This document shows positions 28,252-38,999 of a DNA stretch of 64,000 nt, in pieces. Under the pieces are notes generated by a model. The model made no database searches. It was not told the origin of the DNA and was given only the letters and a program-made list of their open reading frames with translations. Source of the stretch: Candidatus Aminicenantales bacterium (GTDB taxonomy: Bacteria; Acidobacteriota; Aminicenantia; Aminicenantales; UBA4085); assembly GCA_049515535.1 (NCBI GenBank), contig JBEKTZ010000012.1, positions 1-64,000 of the forward strand, in the 5' to 3' direction. The translations under genes and the position numbers were made by a program. How positions within the stretch are numbered: position 1 is the first letter of the stretch; each line of letters begins with the position of its first letter.

Positions 28252-29878
28252 AAAACCGGGAGAAGGACCGTATCAAAAAGCCGAGCTGCGGGACGCCGAT
28301 TTTTCGTCGATTTCGGGACGTCGGCTTCAACCGCTTTACAATTGGGAAGATTTATCATCTTTCGACGCCGCGGCGGAGCTGGGCGCCCCGGGAGAATATC
28401 CTTACACGAGAGGGATTCACCCGACGATGTACCGGGGGAGACTCTGGACCATGCGCCAATTTGCCGGGATGGGAACTCCCGCGCAAACGAACCAAAGATA
28501 CAAATTCCTTCTGGAAAAAGGACAAACCGGTTTATCGGTCGCTTTTGACAATCCGACGCTTTACGGCCTGGATTCCGATCACGCCTTGGCGGTCGGAGAA
28601 GTCGGCAAAACGGGAGTCGCCCTGGATACGACGGCCGACATGGAACGCCTGTTTCACGATATCCCCCTGGATAAAGTCTCGACTTCCATGACCATCAACG
28701 CTCCCGCGGCCTGGATCTTCACCATGTTCTTGGCCAACGCGGAAAATCAACGGATCCCTTTTGACCGGCTCCGGGGTACCCTTCAGAACGACATTTTAAA
28801 GGAATACATCGCCCAGAAGGAGTGGATCTTCCCCCCGGAACCCCACCTGCGTCTGATCACGGACCTCATGGCCTTTTGCGCGGACCATGTCCCTCAGTGG
28901 AACACGATTTCCATCAGCGGATATCATATTCGCGAGGCCGGATCCACGGCCGCCCAGGAGCTCGCCTTCACCCTGGCCGACGGCTTCACCTATGTGGAAC
29001 ACGCCGTCCGAGCGGGATTGGATATTGACGATTTCGCCCCCAGGCTGTCGTTCTTCTTCAACTCCCACCTGGATTTCTTCGAAGAGATCGCCAAGCTGCG
29101 CGCAGCTCGGCGGATTTGGGCCCGCCGCATGAAGGAAAAGTATCGGGCGAAAAATCCCCTGTCCTGGCTGTGCCGGTTTCATGTACAGACGGCCGGTTGC
29201 AGCCTGACGGCGCAACAACCGGAAATCAATATCGTTCGGACGGCCCTGGAAGCTCTGGCCGGAGTTCTGGGCGGATGCCAGAGCCTGCACACCAATTCCA
29301 TGGATGAAGCTTTGGCCCTCCCCTCGGAAAAAGCGGTGGAAATCGCGCTTCGAACCCAACAAATCATCGCCTTCGAAAGCGGAGCGGCCAACGTGATCGA
29401 TCCGCTGGGCGGTTCTTATTATCTCGAGAAACTGACTGATGAGTTGGAGGAAGAGGCGGAAAAATACTTCCAAAAAATCGACGAGCTGGGGGGCATGGTC
29501 AGGGCTATCGAACAAGGATTCTGCCAGCGCGAAATCACCCGGGCCGCCTATGAATACCAGATCGCGCTTTCCCTCAGGAGAAAAGTCCTTGTCGGCGTCA
29601 ATCAATTCATCAATGAAGGCAAAATTTTGGAAATCCCGGTCCTGGAAATCGATGAATCCGTGGAAAGGGACCAGGTCGAATTCCTGCGCAAGATCAAACA
29701 AAAACGGGACAACTCCGCCGTTCAACACCGGCTGGAGGCTTTGGAAAAAGCGGCCTCCGGGACCGGAAATCTGATTCCGCACCTGCTGGAGTGTTCGCGC
29801 GTCCAGGCCACGGAGGGTGAAATCAGCGAAGCTTTGATCAAAGTCTTTGGAGAATACCGGGAGCAACCCTTTTACTGA
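28235..29878 (+). CDS. icmA: AdoCbl-dependent acyl-CoA mutase large subunit, isobutyryl-CoA mutase type
   Basis: [17 protein letters not shown] (Phe where MCM has Tyr); [13 protein letters not shown] (Gln where MCM has Arg); [15 protein letters not shown] start chosen at 28235. Confidence 0.8.
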   Translation: MKTANKKPGEGPYQKAELRDADFSSISGRRLQPLYNWEDLSSFDAAAELGAPGEYPYTRGIHPTMYRGRLWTMRQFAGMGTPAQTNQRYKFLLEKGQTGLSVAFDNPTLYGLDSDHALAVGEVGKTGVALDTTADMERLFHDIPLDKVSTSMTINAPAAWIFTMFLANAENQRIPFDRLRGTLQNDILKEYIAQKEWIFPPEPHLRLITDLMAFCADHVPQWNTISISGYHIREAGSTAAQELAFTLADGFTYVEHAVRAGLDIDDFAPRLSFFFNSHLDFFEEIAKLRAARRIWARRMKEKYRAKNPLSWLCRFHVQTAGCSLTAQQPEINIVRTALEALAGVLGGCQSLHTNSMDEALALPSEKAVEIALRTQQIIAFESGAANVIDPLGGSYYLEKLTDELEEEAEKYFQKIDELGGMVRAIEQGFCQREITRAAYEYQIALSLRRKVLVGVNQFINEGKILEIPVLEIDESVERDQVEFLRKIKQKRDNSAVQHRLEALEKAASGTGNLIPHLLECSRVQATEGEISEALIKVFGEYREQPFY

Positions 29879-29903
29879 AATTTCTTAACAAGAGGAAAGA
29901 GAG

Positions 29904-30326
29904 ATGGCCGATCCAAAAATCAAAGTCATCATCGCCAAGCCGGGGCTGGACGGCCATGATCGCGGAGTCAAGATCGTCGCCCGCGCCCTGGTGGAAGCCG
30001 GCATGGAAGTTGTTTACCTCGGGCTGCAGCAGACGCCGGAATCCATCGTCCAGGCCGCCATCGAGGAAGACGCCGATGTCATCGGCCTCTCGATCTTGTC
30101 GGGAGCCCATATGACCCATTTCAAGCGGGTCAAGGAACTCATGAAAAAGTCCGGCCTCGGCGATCGCCTGTTGACAGGAGGCGGAATTATTCCCACGAAA
30201 GATCAGGAAAAACTGAAAGAAATGGGAGTCGGAAAAGTTTTCGGGCCGGGCGAGGATATTCAAGATATCGTTGAATATATCCAGAAAACCATCCAGGAAA
30301 GGAGAAAAAAGGATCATGGACTTTAA
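29904..30326 (+). CDS. icmB: Acyl-CoA mutase cobalamin-binding small subunit
   Basis: [10 protein letters not shown] (DxHxxG), [14 protein letters not shown]. Confidence 0.85.
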   Translation: MADPKIKVIIAKPGLDGHDRGVKIVARALVEAGMEVVYLGLQQTPESIVQAAIEEDADVIGLSILSGAHMTHFKRVKELMKKSGLGDRLLTGGGIIPTKDQEKLKEMGVGKVFGPGEDIQDIVEYIQKTIQERRKKDHGL

Positions 30327-31461
30327 TTTCACTGAAGAACAAAAAATGGTCATCGACGGGGCGAAGAAATTCGCCGAAAAGGAGCTCGCGCCGGCTGTCG
30401 AGGAATTGGACGCCAAGCAGGAGGTCAACCTGGCCGCGCTCAAGAAACTGGGAGAGTTGGGCTATTTAGGCATGACCGTTCCGGAGGAATATGGAGGGAC
30501 GGGGTTGGGCATGGTCGCCTACGCCGGCGCCATGATCGAGTTCAGCAAGGTGGATGCGGGCACGGCGGTGGGGGTCTCGGTCCAGAATTCTCTGGTCAAC
30601 GATGCCCTCATCATGTTCGGGACGGAGGATCAAAAACGGAAATTCCTTCCGAAGTTGGCCTCCGGGGAATGGATGGGTTGTTTTTCCCTGACGGAGGCGG
30701 GCGCCGGCAGCGACCCGGGATCCCTGCGGGCCAGCGCCGTTCGGCAGGGAGATTCTTATCTTTTGAACGGCACGAAGAATTTTACGAGCAACGGCTCTTT
30801 TGCCGACGTCATCATCGCCTTTTTCTGCACGGACAAGGAAAAAGGGGCCAAGGGAATATCCGCTTTTCTCGTTTCCAAAGAGACCCCCGGATATGTCGTG
30901 GGAAAACACGAAGACAAGTTGGGGATCCGCACATCCAGCACGACGGAATTGGTGTTCACCGACTGCCGGATTCCCGCCGAAAACCTTTTAGGGCAGGAAA
31001 ATCGCGGTTTAAACATCGCCCTGGCGACATTGGATTGCGGTCGCGTCGGAATCGCTGCGCAGGCCATTGGCATCGCCGAAGCTGCCTTGGAAGAATCGGT
31101 GCGCTATTCGAAAGAAAGGACCCAGTTCGGCAAGCTGCTTTCAGAATTTCAGGCGCTGCAGTTCATGCTGGCCGACATGGCCGTAGACGTCGAAGTGGCG
31201 AAAACCATGCTCTACCGCGTCGCCTGGATAAAAGATTCGGGAAATAGGCGCTTCACCAAGGAGTCGGCCATGGTCAAACTGTTCGCCTCGGAAATGGCCC
31301 ATCGCGTCTGCCATAAAGCGCTCCAGATCCACGGGGGATACGGATTCATGAAAGAGTACAAGGTGGAGCGGCTTTATCGCGACCAGCGGATCACGGAAAT
31401 TTACGAAGGCACGTCGGAAATCCAGCGCCTGGTGATCGCCAGATCGCTTTTGACGGAATAA
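30316..31461 (+). CDS. Acyl-CoA dehydrogenase (butyryl-CoA/short-chain type)
   Basis: [45 protein letters not shown]. Confidence 0.92.
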   Translation: MDFNFTEEQKMVIDGAKKFAEKELAPAVEELDAKQEVNLAALKKLGELGYLGMTVPEEYGGTGLGMVAYAGAMIEFSKVDAGTAVGVSVQNSLVNDALIMFGTEDQKRKFLPKLASGEWMGCFSLTEAGAGSDPGSLRASAVRQGDSYLLNGTKNFTSNGSFADVIIAFFCTDKEKGAKGISAFLVSKETPGYVVGKHEDKLGIRTSSTTELVFTDCRIPAENLLGQENRGLNIALATLDCGRVGIAAQAIGIAEAALEESVRYSKERTQFGKLLSEFQALQFMLADMAVDVEVAKTMLYRVAWIKDSGNRRFTKESAMVKLFASEMAHRVCHKALQIHGGYGFMKEYKVERLYRDQRITEIYEGTSEIQRLVIARSLLTE

Positions 31462-31472
31462 GGAGAAAGGGC

Positions 31473-32246
31473 ATGTCGTATGAAATCCTGAAAATGGAAG
31501 CGGCGGAAGGCATCGCCGTTGTCACCATCTCCCGGCCCCAGGCTTTGAACGCCTTGAACTCGCGTTTTTTCCAGGAGATGGACAGTCTGATCGCCGAGGT
31601 CGGCGCTCGGGATGATATCAAAGTCTTGATTATCACGGGGGAAGGAAAGGCGTTCGCCGCGGGGGCCGACATTGCCGAAATGGCCGGAAAAACCCAGGAC
31701 CAAGCCGCCCAATTCTCTAAGGTGGGCCAGAGGACATTCCGGAGCCTGGAGCTTCTCGCCAAACCGGTGATCGCGGCGGTGAACGGGTTTGCCCTCGGCG
31801 GAGGCTGCGAGCTGGCCTTGGCCTGCGACTTCCGGATTGCCAGCATCAAAGCTAAATTCGGCCAGCCTGAAGTCAATCTGGGCGTGATCCCAGGCTATGG
31901 CGCTACGCAGAGGCTCCCCAGGCTCATCGGTCTCGGGAACGCCCTGTTCCTGCTCCTGACGGGGGAGATGATCGGCGCCGAAGAGGCCCTGCGCCTGGGA
32001 TTGGTCCAAAAAATCGCGGAACCCGACGAGCTCATGTCGGCGGCCCTTGGACTGGCAAAAACGATCGCCTCCAAAGGTCCCCGGGCCGTCAAACTGGTCA
32101 AACAAGTCACCCGTCAAGGAATCCTGATGGATTTCGAAGCCGGCTGCGCTCTGGAATCCGGAATGTTCGGTTCGCTCTTTGAAAACGAGGGGGCAGAGGG
32201 AATGCGGGCCTTTCTGGAAAAACGAGCGCCCAAATGGAAAAGCTGA
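31473..32246 (+). CDS. Enoyl-CoA hydratase (crotonase)
   Basis: AFAAGADI, AVNGFALGGGCELALACD, GQPEVNLG. Confidence 0.92.
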   Translation: MSYEILKMEAAEGIAVVTISRPQALNALNSRFFQEMDSLIAEVGARDDIKVLIITGEGKAFAAGADIAEMAGKTQDQAAQFSKVGQRTFRSLELLAKPVIAAVNGFALGGGCELALACDFRIASIKAKFGQPEVNLGVIPGYGATQRLPRLIGLGNALFLLLTGEMIGAEEALRLGLVQKIAEPDELMSAALGLAKTIASKGPRAVKLVKQVTRQGILMDFEAGCALESGMFGSLFENEGAEGMRAFLEKRAPKWKS

Positions 32247-32270
32247 TCTCGAAGGAGATGAGGGACATCG

Positions 32271-33623
32271 ATGAAATACGCTGAGCGGCTTGAAAATGTC
32301 ACTGTTTTGGGGGCCGCGGGGAAAATGGGAAGCGGCATCGTCTTGCTCGCGGCCATGGAAATGGCCGATCTGAGCCTGGAGCCCGGAAACGAATCTCTGG
32401 CCTTTTCTCTCCAGGCCGTGGATATCTCTCAAAAAGCCCTTTCGGGATTGGTGAAATATCTGCGCTCCCAGGTCCAGCGGTTCGCGGAACAAAAGGCGGC
32501 TTGGCTCCGGAAAGCCTATGAAAAGCGCGAGGATTTGATTGAAAACAAGGACGTGATCAATCAGTATGTCGAAGACGTTCTGGCCATCGTCCGTCCGGCC
32601 ACTGAGATCGAGGCATCCTATCATTCCACCCTGGTGTTTGAAGCGATCAGTGAAAACCTGGACCTCAAAGTCAAGCTCCTCTCCCGGATCATCTCTAACA
32701 ACTCGCGGAATGCCTGGTTTTTTACCAACACGTCTTCCATTCCCATTTCCGAATTGAACGATAAGGCGAATCTGAACGGCCGCCTTATCGGATTTCACTT
32801 CTACAACCCTCCGGCCGTTCAAAAACTCGTGGAATTGATTTCGGCGGAATCCACCCTTCCCGACCTGGCGGATTTTGCCAAGCAATTCGCCAAAAAGTTG
32901 CGGAAAACCGTTGTGCCTTCCCATGACGTCGCGGGTTTCATCGGGAACGGACACTTCATGAGGGATGCCTTGTACGCCGTCTCCGAGGTCGAACGGCTGG
33001 CCGAAGATTTCGGCTTGGTCAACGCGATCTACATGGTGAATAAGGTCAGTCAGGATTATCTGATCCGTCCCATGGGGATTTTCCAACTGATCGATTACGT
33101 GGGCCTCGACGTCTGCCAATGCATCTTAGGCGTGATGAACGAGCGCCTCCCCGGAGGCCGGCTCCACAGCCCTCTCGTAGACAGGTTGATCTCCCAAGGG
33201 ATTGCCGGCGGTCAATACGCCGATGGATCCCAGAAGGATGGATTCCTGAAATATGAAAAGGGACGGCCCAGCGGCGTATATGATCCTGATCAACGGGCCT
33301 ACGCGCCCTTCTCGGAGATAACGGAACACTGTCATAAAGCGTTGGGCGCCCCGCCGGATCAAGCCAAGCCGTGGAAAAGCGTGATCCAACATCCCGACAA
33401 GACAAATTACCTGCGGGGCTATTTCCAACAACTGAAAGTGATGAACACCCTGGGCGCGGATTTAGCCAAAAGATATGGACGGAAATCCAAGAAAATCGGC
33501 CTTGGGCTCGTGAACGAGAAAGTCGCCGACCGGGAAGAGGACGTCAATACCGTATTGCTGACGGGCTTTTTCCATGCCTACGGCCCGATCAACGATTATT
33601 TTGAGGGAGAGGTCAGACCATGA
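32271..33623 (+). CDS. 3-hydroxyacyl-CoA dehydrogenase family protein
   Basis: GAAGKMGSG, FEAISENLDLK, TNTSS, GFHFYNP, GFIGN, MGIFQLIDYVGLD. Confidence 0.88.
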   Translation: MKYAERLENVTVLGAAGKMGSGIVLLAAMEMADLSLEPGNESLAFSLQAVDISQKALSGLVKYLRSQVQRFAEQKAAWLRKAYEKREDLIENKDVINQYVEDVLAIVRPATEIEASYHSTLVFEAISENLDLKVKLLSRIISNNSRNAWFFTNTSSIPISELNDKANLNGRLIGFHFYNPPAVQKLVELISAESTLPDLADFAKQFAKKLRKTVVPSHDVAGFIGNGHFMRDALYAVSEVERLAEDFGLVNAIYMVNKVSQDYLIRPMGIFQLIDYVGLDVCQCILGVMNERLPGGRLHSPLVDRLISQGIAGGQYADGSQKDGFLKYEKGRPSGVYDPDQRAYAPFSEITEHCHKALGAPPDQAKPWKSVIQHPDKTNYLRGYFQQLKVMNTLGADLAKRYGRKSKKIGLGLVNEKVADREEDVNTVLLTGFFHAYGPINDYFEGEVRP

Positions 33624-34867
33624 AAAAAAGCCGGCAAAAAGTCTTTATGACGGCGGGATATGACACCATCTCCATGGGAACGGGCCGGAAGGAATTCCAT
33701 CCCAAAAAGCCCCGGCCGGGCCTTGAGGAATACATCCGGGAAGCGGGCCAGGGAACCTTGAAGCAAATCGGCGGAGGGAAGAACGTCGATGAAGGAGTGA
33801 TCAGCAATTTCATGGCGGCCCGTTTCAATAAGCAGGGCAACCTGGCCGCCCTGATTCCTTCTGTGGATGAAGACTTGAGATGGAAGCCGTGTTGCCGGGT
33901 GGAAGGGGCCTGCGGCTCAGGCGGGCTGGGACTGATTGCCGGGACAAAATCCGTGCTCGCCGAAACGGCCGAGGTCGTCCTGGCGATCGGCGTGGAAGTC
34001 CAGAACACCGTCAAGGCCATTTATGGCGCGGACATCTTAGCCGGCGCCGGCTGGTTCAAGGGCGAACGCAAGAAAGGTCATGCCTATTTCTTCCCGGCGG
34101 CTTTCAGCGTCCGGGCGGGCGCCTATTTCGAAAAATACGGCCGGGAGAAAACGCGACAGGCTTTCGCCCGCTGGTACCGGAACGCCATCGAAAACGCCCG
34201 ACTCTGCGAAACCGCCCAGGAATTCCATAATACCGTGGAAAATCTCGAATCATTGGCCTTGACGGAACCGAATCCCCAAACGTTCGTTGACCACTTGAAT
34301 GTTTTTGACTGCTCCAAAGTTTCCGATGCGGGGTCCGCCATCGCCATCGTCTCCGAAAATGGCTTGAATCGGATTAGAATCCCCAAATCCGAGGCCGTCG
34401 AAGTCGTCGGCTGGGGGCAGGTTGAAGCGGATCTGACGATTCCTCCGGAAGATCCGACCTGGCTCGACACGACGTCCAGAGCCGTGAAAAAAGCTTTGGA
34501 ATGCGCGGAAATTTCTCTCCAGGAACTTGGGACCGTGGAATGCCATGACTGCTTCACGATTTCCGGTCTTTTATCCGTGGAGGCGATCGGGCTGGCCGGG
34601 AAAGGCGAAGGAGCTGATTATATTTTAGCTGGGAATACTTCGCGGCAGGGAACCTTGCCTTTCAACACGTCCGGCGGGCTGATCGGCTGGGGACATCCCA
34701 CCGGCGGCACCGGAGTGCGGCAGGCCGTCACCATCTGGCAGCAGCTGACGGGGAAAGCTGGGAATTGGCAAATTCCGATATCGCCGGACCGCCCCTATGC
34801 GCTTTCCATCAACATGGGCGGAAACGACAAAACAGTCACGGCTATCGTCTATCGACGCGCCGAATGA
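33620..34867 (+). CDS. Thiolase (SCP2-type)
   Basis: RVEGACGSGG, ECHDCF, GHPTGGTG, NMGG. Confidence 0.88.
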   Translation: MKKSRQKVFMTAGYDTISMGTGRKEFHPKKPRPGLEEYIREAGQGTLKQIGGGKNVDEGVISNFMAARFNKQGNLAALIPSVDEDLRWKPCCRVEGACGSGGLGLIAGTKSVLAETAEVVLAIGVEVQNTVKAIYGADILAGAGWFKGERKKGHAYFFPAAFSVRAGAYFEKYGREKTRQAFARWYRNAIENARLCETAQEFHNTVENLESLALTEPNPQTFVDHLNVFDCSKVSDAGSAIAIVSENGLNRIRIPKSEAVEVVGWGQVEADLTIPPEDPTWLDTTSRAVKKALECAEISLQELGTVECHDCFTISGLLSVEAIGLAGKGEGADYILAGNTSRQGTLPFNTSGGLIGWGHPTGGTGVRQAVTIWQQLTGKAGNWQIPISPDRPYALSINMGGNDKTVTAIVYRRAE

Positions 34868-34893
34868 TCTGAAGAGTCCATTTTTCCGAGTCT

Positions 34894-36036
34894 TTATTCC
34901 CCGATGAGCTCCCGGGCGATCACCAGGCGCTGGATCTCGCTCGTGCCCTCTCCGATTGTGCACAGTTTGGAATCGCGCCAGAACTTCTCGACCGGATAAT
35001 CCTTGCAGTAGCCGTATCCGCCCAAGATCTGGACGGCCTCTTCCGCGACATTAACCGCGACTTCCGAAGCGTAAAGTTTGGCTTGTGAAGAGATCAGAGT
35101 GGTCTTCCGCCCCGCGTCCTTCTCGTCGGCCGCGCATTCGGTGAGCAGCCGGGCGGCGCTGATGTGAGTGGCCATGTCGGCCAGCTTGAAACGGATGCCT
35201 TGAAAAGCCGCGATCGGCTTCCCGAATTGACGGCGCTGCTTGGCATAAGCGACGGCCGCGTCGAGCGCGCCCCGGGCGATTCCCACGGAAAGGGCGGCGA
35301 TTGAAATCCGGCCGCCGTCGAGGACAACCATGGCCTGAATGAACCCGTCGCCTTCGTTCCCCAGGAGAGCGTCCTCTCCGACGCGGCAGTCCTCGAAGAT
35401 CAACGAGGCCGTGTCGGAAATGCGCATGCCGATCTTGTCTTCGTGCTTTCCGACCGTAACCCCGGGGATGTCGAGCGGGACGAGAAACGCGGAGATGCCG
35501 TGATGATCCTTCCCCGGCTGCGTCCGCGCCATCGCCACCGCGACCCCTCCGGCTCCGGCATGGGTGATGAAATTCTTGGTGCCGTTTAAAACCCAGCCGC
35601 CGGAGTCGCGGACGGCCGTGGTCTTGGTCGCGCCGGAGTCGGACCCGGCCTCGGGTTCCGTCAACCCCCACGCGCCGATGACTTCTCCGGACGCCAGCCG
35701 GGGCACCCACCGGCGGCGTATCTCCTCGATCCCGAATAAGAAAACATGGTTCGTGCACAGGGAATTGTGGGCCGCTACAGAGAGGGCGATTCCGCCCTCG
35801 ACGGCCCCCAGCTCTTCCAGGATCGCCACGTAATGCCGGTAGGTCAACCCGGCTCCGCCGAGCTCTTCCGGAATCAGGATCCCCATCAGCCCCAGTTTGC
35901 CGAGACGGCGGAGGACGTCCAGAGGAAAATGGGCCTTCTCGTCCCATTCCCGGACATGGGGGGCGATTTCCGAGCGGGCGAAATCCCGCACCATCTCCCG
36001 GCATTCATTCAAGGATTCCAGCGTTTCAGGCGTCAT
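34894..36036 (-). CDS. Acyl-CoA dehydrogenase (probably isovaleryl-CoA/branched-chain, by context)
   Basis: [35 protein letters not shown]. Confidence 0.88.
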   Translation of the reverse strand: MTPETLESLNECREMVRDFARSEIAPHVREWDEKAHFPLDVLRRLGKLGLMGILIPEELGGAGLTYRHYVAILEELGAVEGGIALSVAAHNSLCTNHVFLFGIEEIRRRWVPRLASGEVIGAWGLTEPEAGSDSGATKTTAVRDSGGWVLNGTKNFITHAGAGGVAVAMARTQPGKDHHGISAFLVPLDIPGVTVGKHEDKIGMRISDTASLIFEDCRVGEDALLGNEGDGFIQAMVVLDGGRISIAALSVGIARGALDAAVAYAKQRRQFGKPIAAFQGIRFKLADMATHISAARLLTECAADEKDAGRKTTLISSQAKLYASEVAVNVAEEAVQILGGYGYCKDYPVEKFWRDSKLCTIGEGTSEIQRLVIARELIGE

Positions 36037-36568
36037 CGTTCCCTCCTTTTCGGCTCTTGGCGCACTCTCTAGGCTCGAGCTCGATCAGCGGCTTTTCCGA
36101 ATCGACCAGATCGCCGGCCGCCACGTGAATTTTTTTCACGATGCCCTCGATCGCGGATTTGATCTCGTTTTCCATCTTCATCGCTTCGATGACCACCAGG
36201 GTCTGGTTCTTTCTCACTTCTTCGCCTTCAGCGACATTCAGCTTGATGACCCTCCCCGGCATGGAGGCTTTAACCTGCCGGCCTCCCTCGGGCGTCCTCT
36301 CATCTCCGCCGAGAAAACGCCCCGCCTCGGGGCGGGGTTCGCAGATGACGAACTTGCGGCCCCCCGTAAAGACGAGCTTTCGCTTCCCATCCCGGGCGAT
36401 ATAGACCGTCGAGGACCGGCCGCCGGAGAGGAACATCAACTCGTTTTCGGAGACCGGCCTGATTTCGGCTTCAAGGATCGTCTCTCCATCCCGGATAACG
36501 TACGCCTTTTCCTTTTTCTCCAAGGAAATCTTCCTGAGAGCTCCGTCGACGAGAAATTCAAATTCCAT
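36026..36568 (-). CDS. Biotin carboxyl carrier subunit
   Basis: EAMKM biotinylation motif; start taken at MEFEF. Confidence 0.9.
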   Translation of the reverse strand: MEFEFLVDGALRKISLEKKEKAYVIRDGETILEAEIRPVSENELMFLSGGRSSTVYIARDGKRKLVFTGGRKFVICEPRPEAGRFLGGDERTPEGGRQVKASMPGRVIKLNVAEGEEVRKNQTLVVIEAMKMENEIKSAIEGIVKKIHVAAGDLVDSEKPLIELEPRECAKSRKGGNDDA

Positions 36569-38084
36569 GAGACCCGGCTCCTCCGATCCTCCACCGGCCC
36601 AATGTTTTCCAGGGCGCGGCGACGTCTTGTTTCGCTTCCCGGGCCGAACCGACTCCCGGCCGCGCTTCCGCAGCCAGGTCATCAAAAGCGGCCGCAGCCA
36701 GGGCCAGTCGCAGCTTGTCTTCGCTTTTTCCGCTCTCTTTCCATCCCTCGAAATAGTTCTTGATGAAAGCCGTATTTGTCCGGCCGGACCGGAACTCCGG
36801 ATGATTGATGATGTCTTTAAGAAAACCGATCGTCGTGTGAATCCCCAGGATTACAAAGTCGTCCAGGGCGGCGGCCATCCTCCGGCAAGCCGTCTCCCGG
36901 TCCTCGGCCCAGACAATCAGCTTCGCCAGAATCGGGTCATAATAAATCGGGACTTCCCAGCCGCTGTAAATGCCGCCATCAGAGCGGACTCCCGGGCCCT
37001 GCGGTTCTTTGAGGAACAAGATCTTGCCGGGAGAAGGAAGGAAATTGTTCTCCGGGTCCTCGGCGTAGATCCGGCATTCAAGGGCATGCCCCCTCTGGCA
37101 GAGATCCTCCTGCCTGAAAGTCAATTTTTCCCCGGCCGCGATCAGGATCTGTCGGCGGACCAGATCCACGCCCGTCACCAGCTCCGTCACGGGATGCTCG
37201 ACCTGGAGCCGGGCGTTCACTTCCAGGAAGTAAAAGTTGCGGTCTTTATCCAGGAGGAACTCGACGGTGCCGGCGTTGTTGTAGCCCGCCGCCTTCATCG
37301 CCTTTATGGCCGTCTCCGCCATCCGGGCCCGCAGGTCCGGATCCAGGGCCGGAGAGGGCGTCTCCTCGACGATTTTCTGGTGGCGCCTTTGGATCGAACA
37401 TTCCCGCTCGAAAAGATGGACCATCGCGCCGGCGTTGTCGGCCAGGACCTGGAACTCAACATGCCGGGGCTCTTCGATATATTTTTCGAGATACACCGAC
37501 TCATCGCCGAAAGCGGACTTGGCTTCCCGCATCCCCGCCTCGAGAGCCGGCCTCAGGTCCTTTTCCCCACGGACGATGCGCATCCCTTTTCCGCCGCCTC
37601 CGGCCGAAGCCTTGACAATCACCGGATATCCGATGGATCGGGCCGCGGCTTCGAATTCCGTCACAGATTTAGGAATGGCCTTCATTCCCGGGATGATCGG
37701 AATACCGGCTTTCTCCATCGTCTGGCGGGCGCGGACCTTGTCGCCCACCAGGGCCAACGCTCCGGAGTTGGGCCCGATGAAAACGATGCCTTCTTTCTCG
37801 CAGAGCCGGGCGAAGTCTGCGTTTTCCGCGAGAAAACCATAGCCGGGGTGGATGGCTTCGGAGCCGGTGTCATGAGTGGCTCGGATGATCCGGCCCATGT
37901 TGAGGTAGCTCTCGGCGGCGGGAGCCGGTCCGATGGGGACGGCTTCGTCGGCGAGCTGGACATGGAGGCTCTGTCTATCCGCCTCAGAATGGACGGCCAC
38001 CGTCGCAATTCCCATCTCCCGGCAGGCCCTGATTACCCTGACGGCTATCTCGCCCCGGTTGGCGATTAAAACCTTTTTAAACAT
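36558..38084 (-). CDS. Biotin carboxylase subunit of an acyl-CoA carboxylase
   Basis: IANRGEIA, HPGYGFLAEN, GGGGKGM, RECSIQRRHQK, EVNARLQVEHPVTE. Confidence 0.95.
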   Translation of the reverse strand: MFKKVLIANRGEIAVRVIRACREMGIATVAVHSEADRQSLHVQLADEAVPIGPAPAAESYLNMGRIIRATHDTGSEAIHPGYGFLAENADFARLCEKEGIVFIGPNSGALALVGDKVRARQTMEKAGIPIIPGMKAIPKSVTEFEAAARSIGYPVIVKASAGGGGKGMRIVRGEKDLRPALEAGMREAKSAFGDESVYLEKYIEEPRHVEFQVLADNAGAMVHLFERECSIQRRHQKIVEETPSPALDPDLRARMAETAIKAMKAAGYNNAGTVEFLLDKDRNFYFLEVNARLQVEHPVTELVTGVDLVRRQILIAAGEKLTFRQEDLCQRGHALECRIYAEDPENNFLPSPGKILFLKEPQGPGVRSDGGIYSGWEVPIYYDPILAKLIVWAEDRETACRRMAAALDDFVILGIHTTIGFLKDIINHPEFRSGRTNTAFIKNYFEGWKESGKSEDKLRLALAAAAFDDLAAEARPGVGSAREAKQDVAAPWKTLGRWRIGGAGSHGI

Positions 38085-38149
38085 GTCGCTTCCCCAAGAT
38101 CACGATCATTCCATCAGGCCGCCGGATTCCCCCATCGCTCGCCAAGGCT

Positions 38150-38941
38150 TCATTCGGTCCATTTTGGCTTTCTTTTTTCCAGAAAGGCGGCCATGCCCTC
38201 CTGGCCTTCCCGGCTGATCCGGAGCCCGGCGATCATCTCCGCCGTAAAGCGTTTGGCGTCCTCGAAGCTCATCCCGGGAACCCTACGGAGAAGCTCCTTG
38301 CAGCAGGCCAGCGCTTCGGGCCCGGACGAGAGGAGACGGCCGACGATGCCATCGACCCTTCCGTCCAGATCCACGGGAGCGGCGACCTCGTCAACCAGGC
38401 CGATCTCGGCCGCCCGCCGGGCATCGAACCGCTCACCCGTCAGGAATAACCGGCGGGCCCTGCTCTCCCCGGTCCTTCGCAGCACATAAGGGGCGATACA
38501 GGCCGGCACGAGGCCGATTTTCACTTCGCTCAGGCCGAGCTGCGCGTCGGTCGAAGCGACGACGATATCGCAGGCGGAGAGGAAGCCCGCGCCGCCTCCG
38601 ATGGCGGCCCCGTTCACCCGGGCGATCGTCGGCTTGGGCAGGGCGTAAAGTTCATACAGGAACTCCGCCAGCTCGAGCGATTCCCGGAGGTTCTGCTCGT
38701 AGGAATAAGTGATGATCTCGCGCATCCAATTTAAATCCGCGCCCGCGCAGAACGACTTCCCCTGGCCGGAGAGAACGATGACCCGGACATCTTCATCCGC
38801 GCCGAGGGTCCGGACGGCGTCCCGGAGTTCCCGAATCATGACGGCATTGAAGGCGTTGTGGACTTCGGGCCGGTTGAGCCTGACGCGGCCGACTTTGTCC
38901 TCGAGCGACAGAATGATCGTTTCGTAATTTTTTTCTTCCAT
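38150..38941 (-). CDS. liuC: Methylglutaconyl-CoA hydratase-like crotonase
   Basis: LNRPEVHNAFN, SFCAGADLNWM, LSEVKIGLVPACIAPYV; adjacent to the MCC subunits. Confidence 0.8.
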   Translation of the reverse strand: MEEKNYETIILSLEDKVGRVRLNRPEVHNAFNAVMIRELRDAVRTLGADEDVRVIVLSGQGKSFCAGADLNWMREIITYSYEQNLRESLELAEFLYELYALPKPTIARVNGAAIGGGAGFLSACDIVVASTDAQLGLSEVKIGLVPACIAPYVLRRTGESRARRLFLTGERFDARRAAEIGLVDEVAAPVDLDGRVDGIVGRLLSSGPEALACCKELLRRVPGMSFEDAKRFTAEMIAGLRISREGQEGMAAFLEKRKPKWTE

Positions 38942-38999
38942 TTAAGATCGCCTGAAACTCCCCGAGGTCATCCTCACGATCGTCATCAGAATTCAGCCT

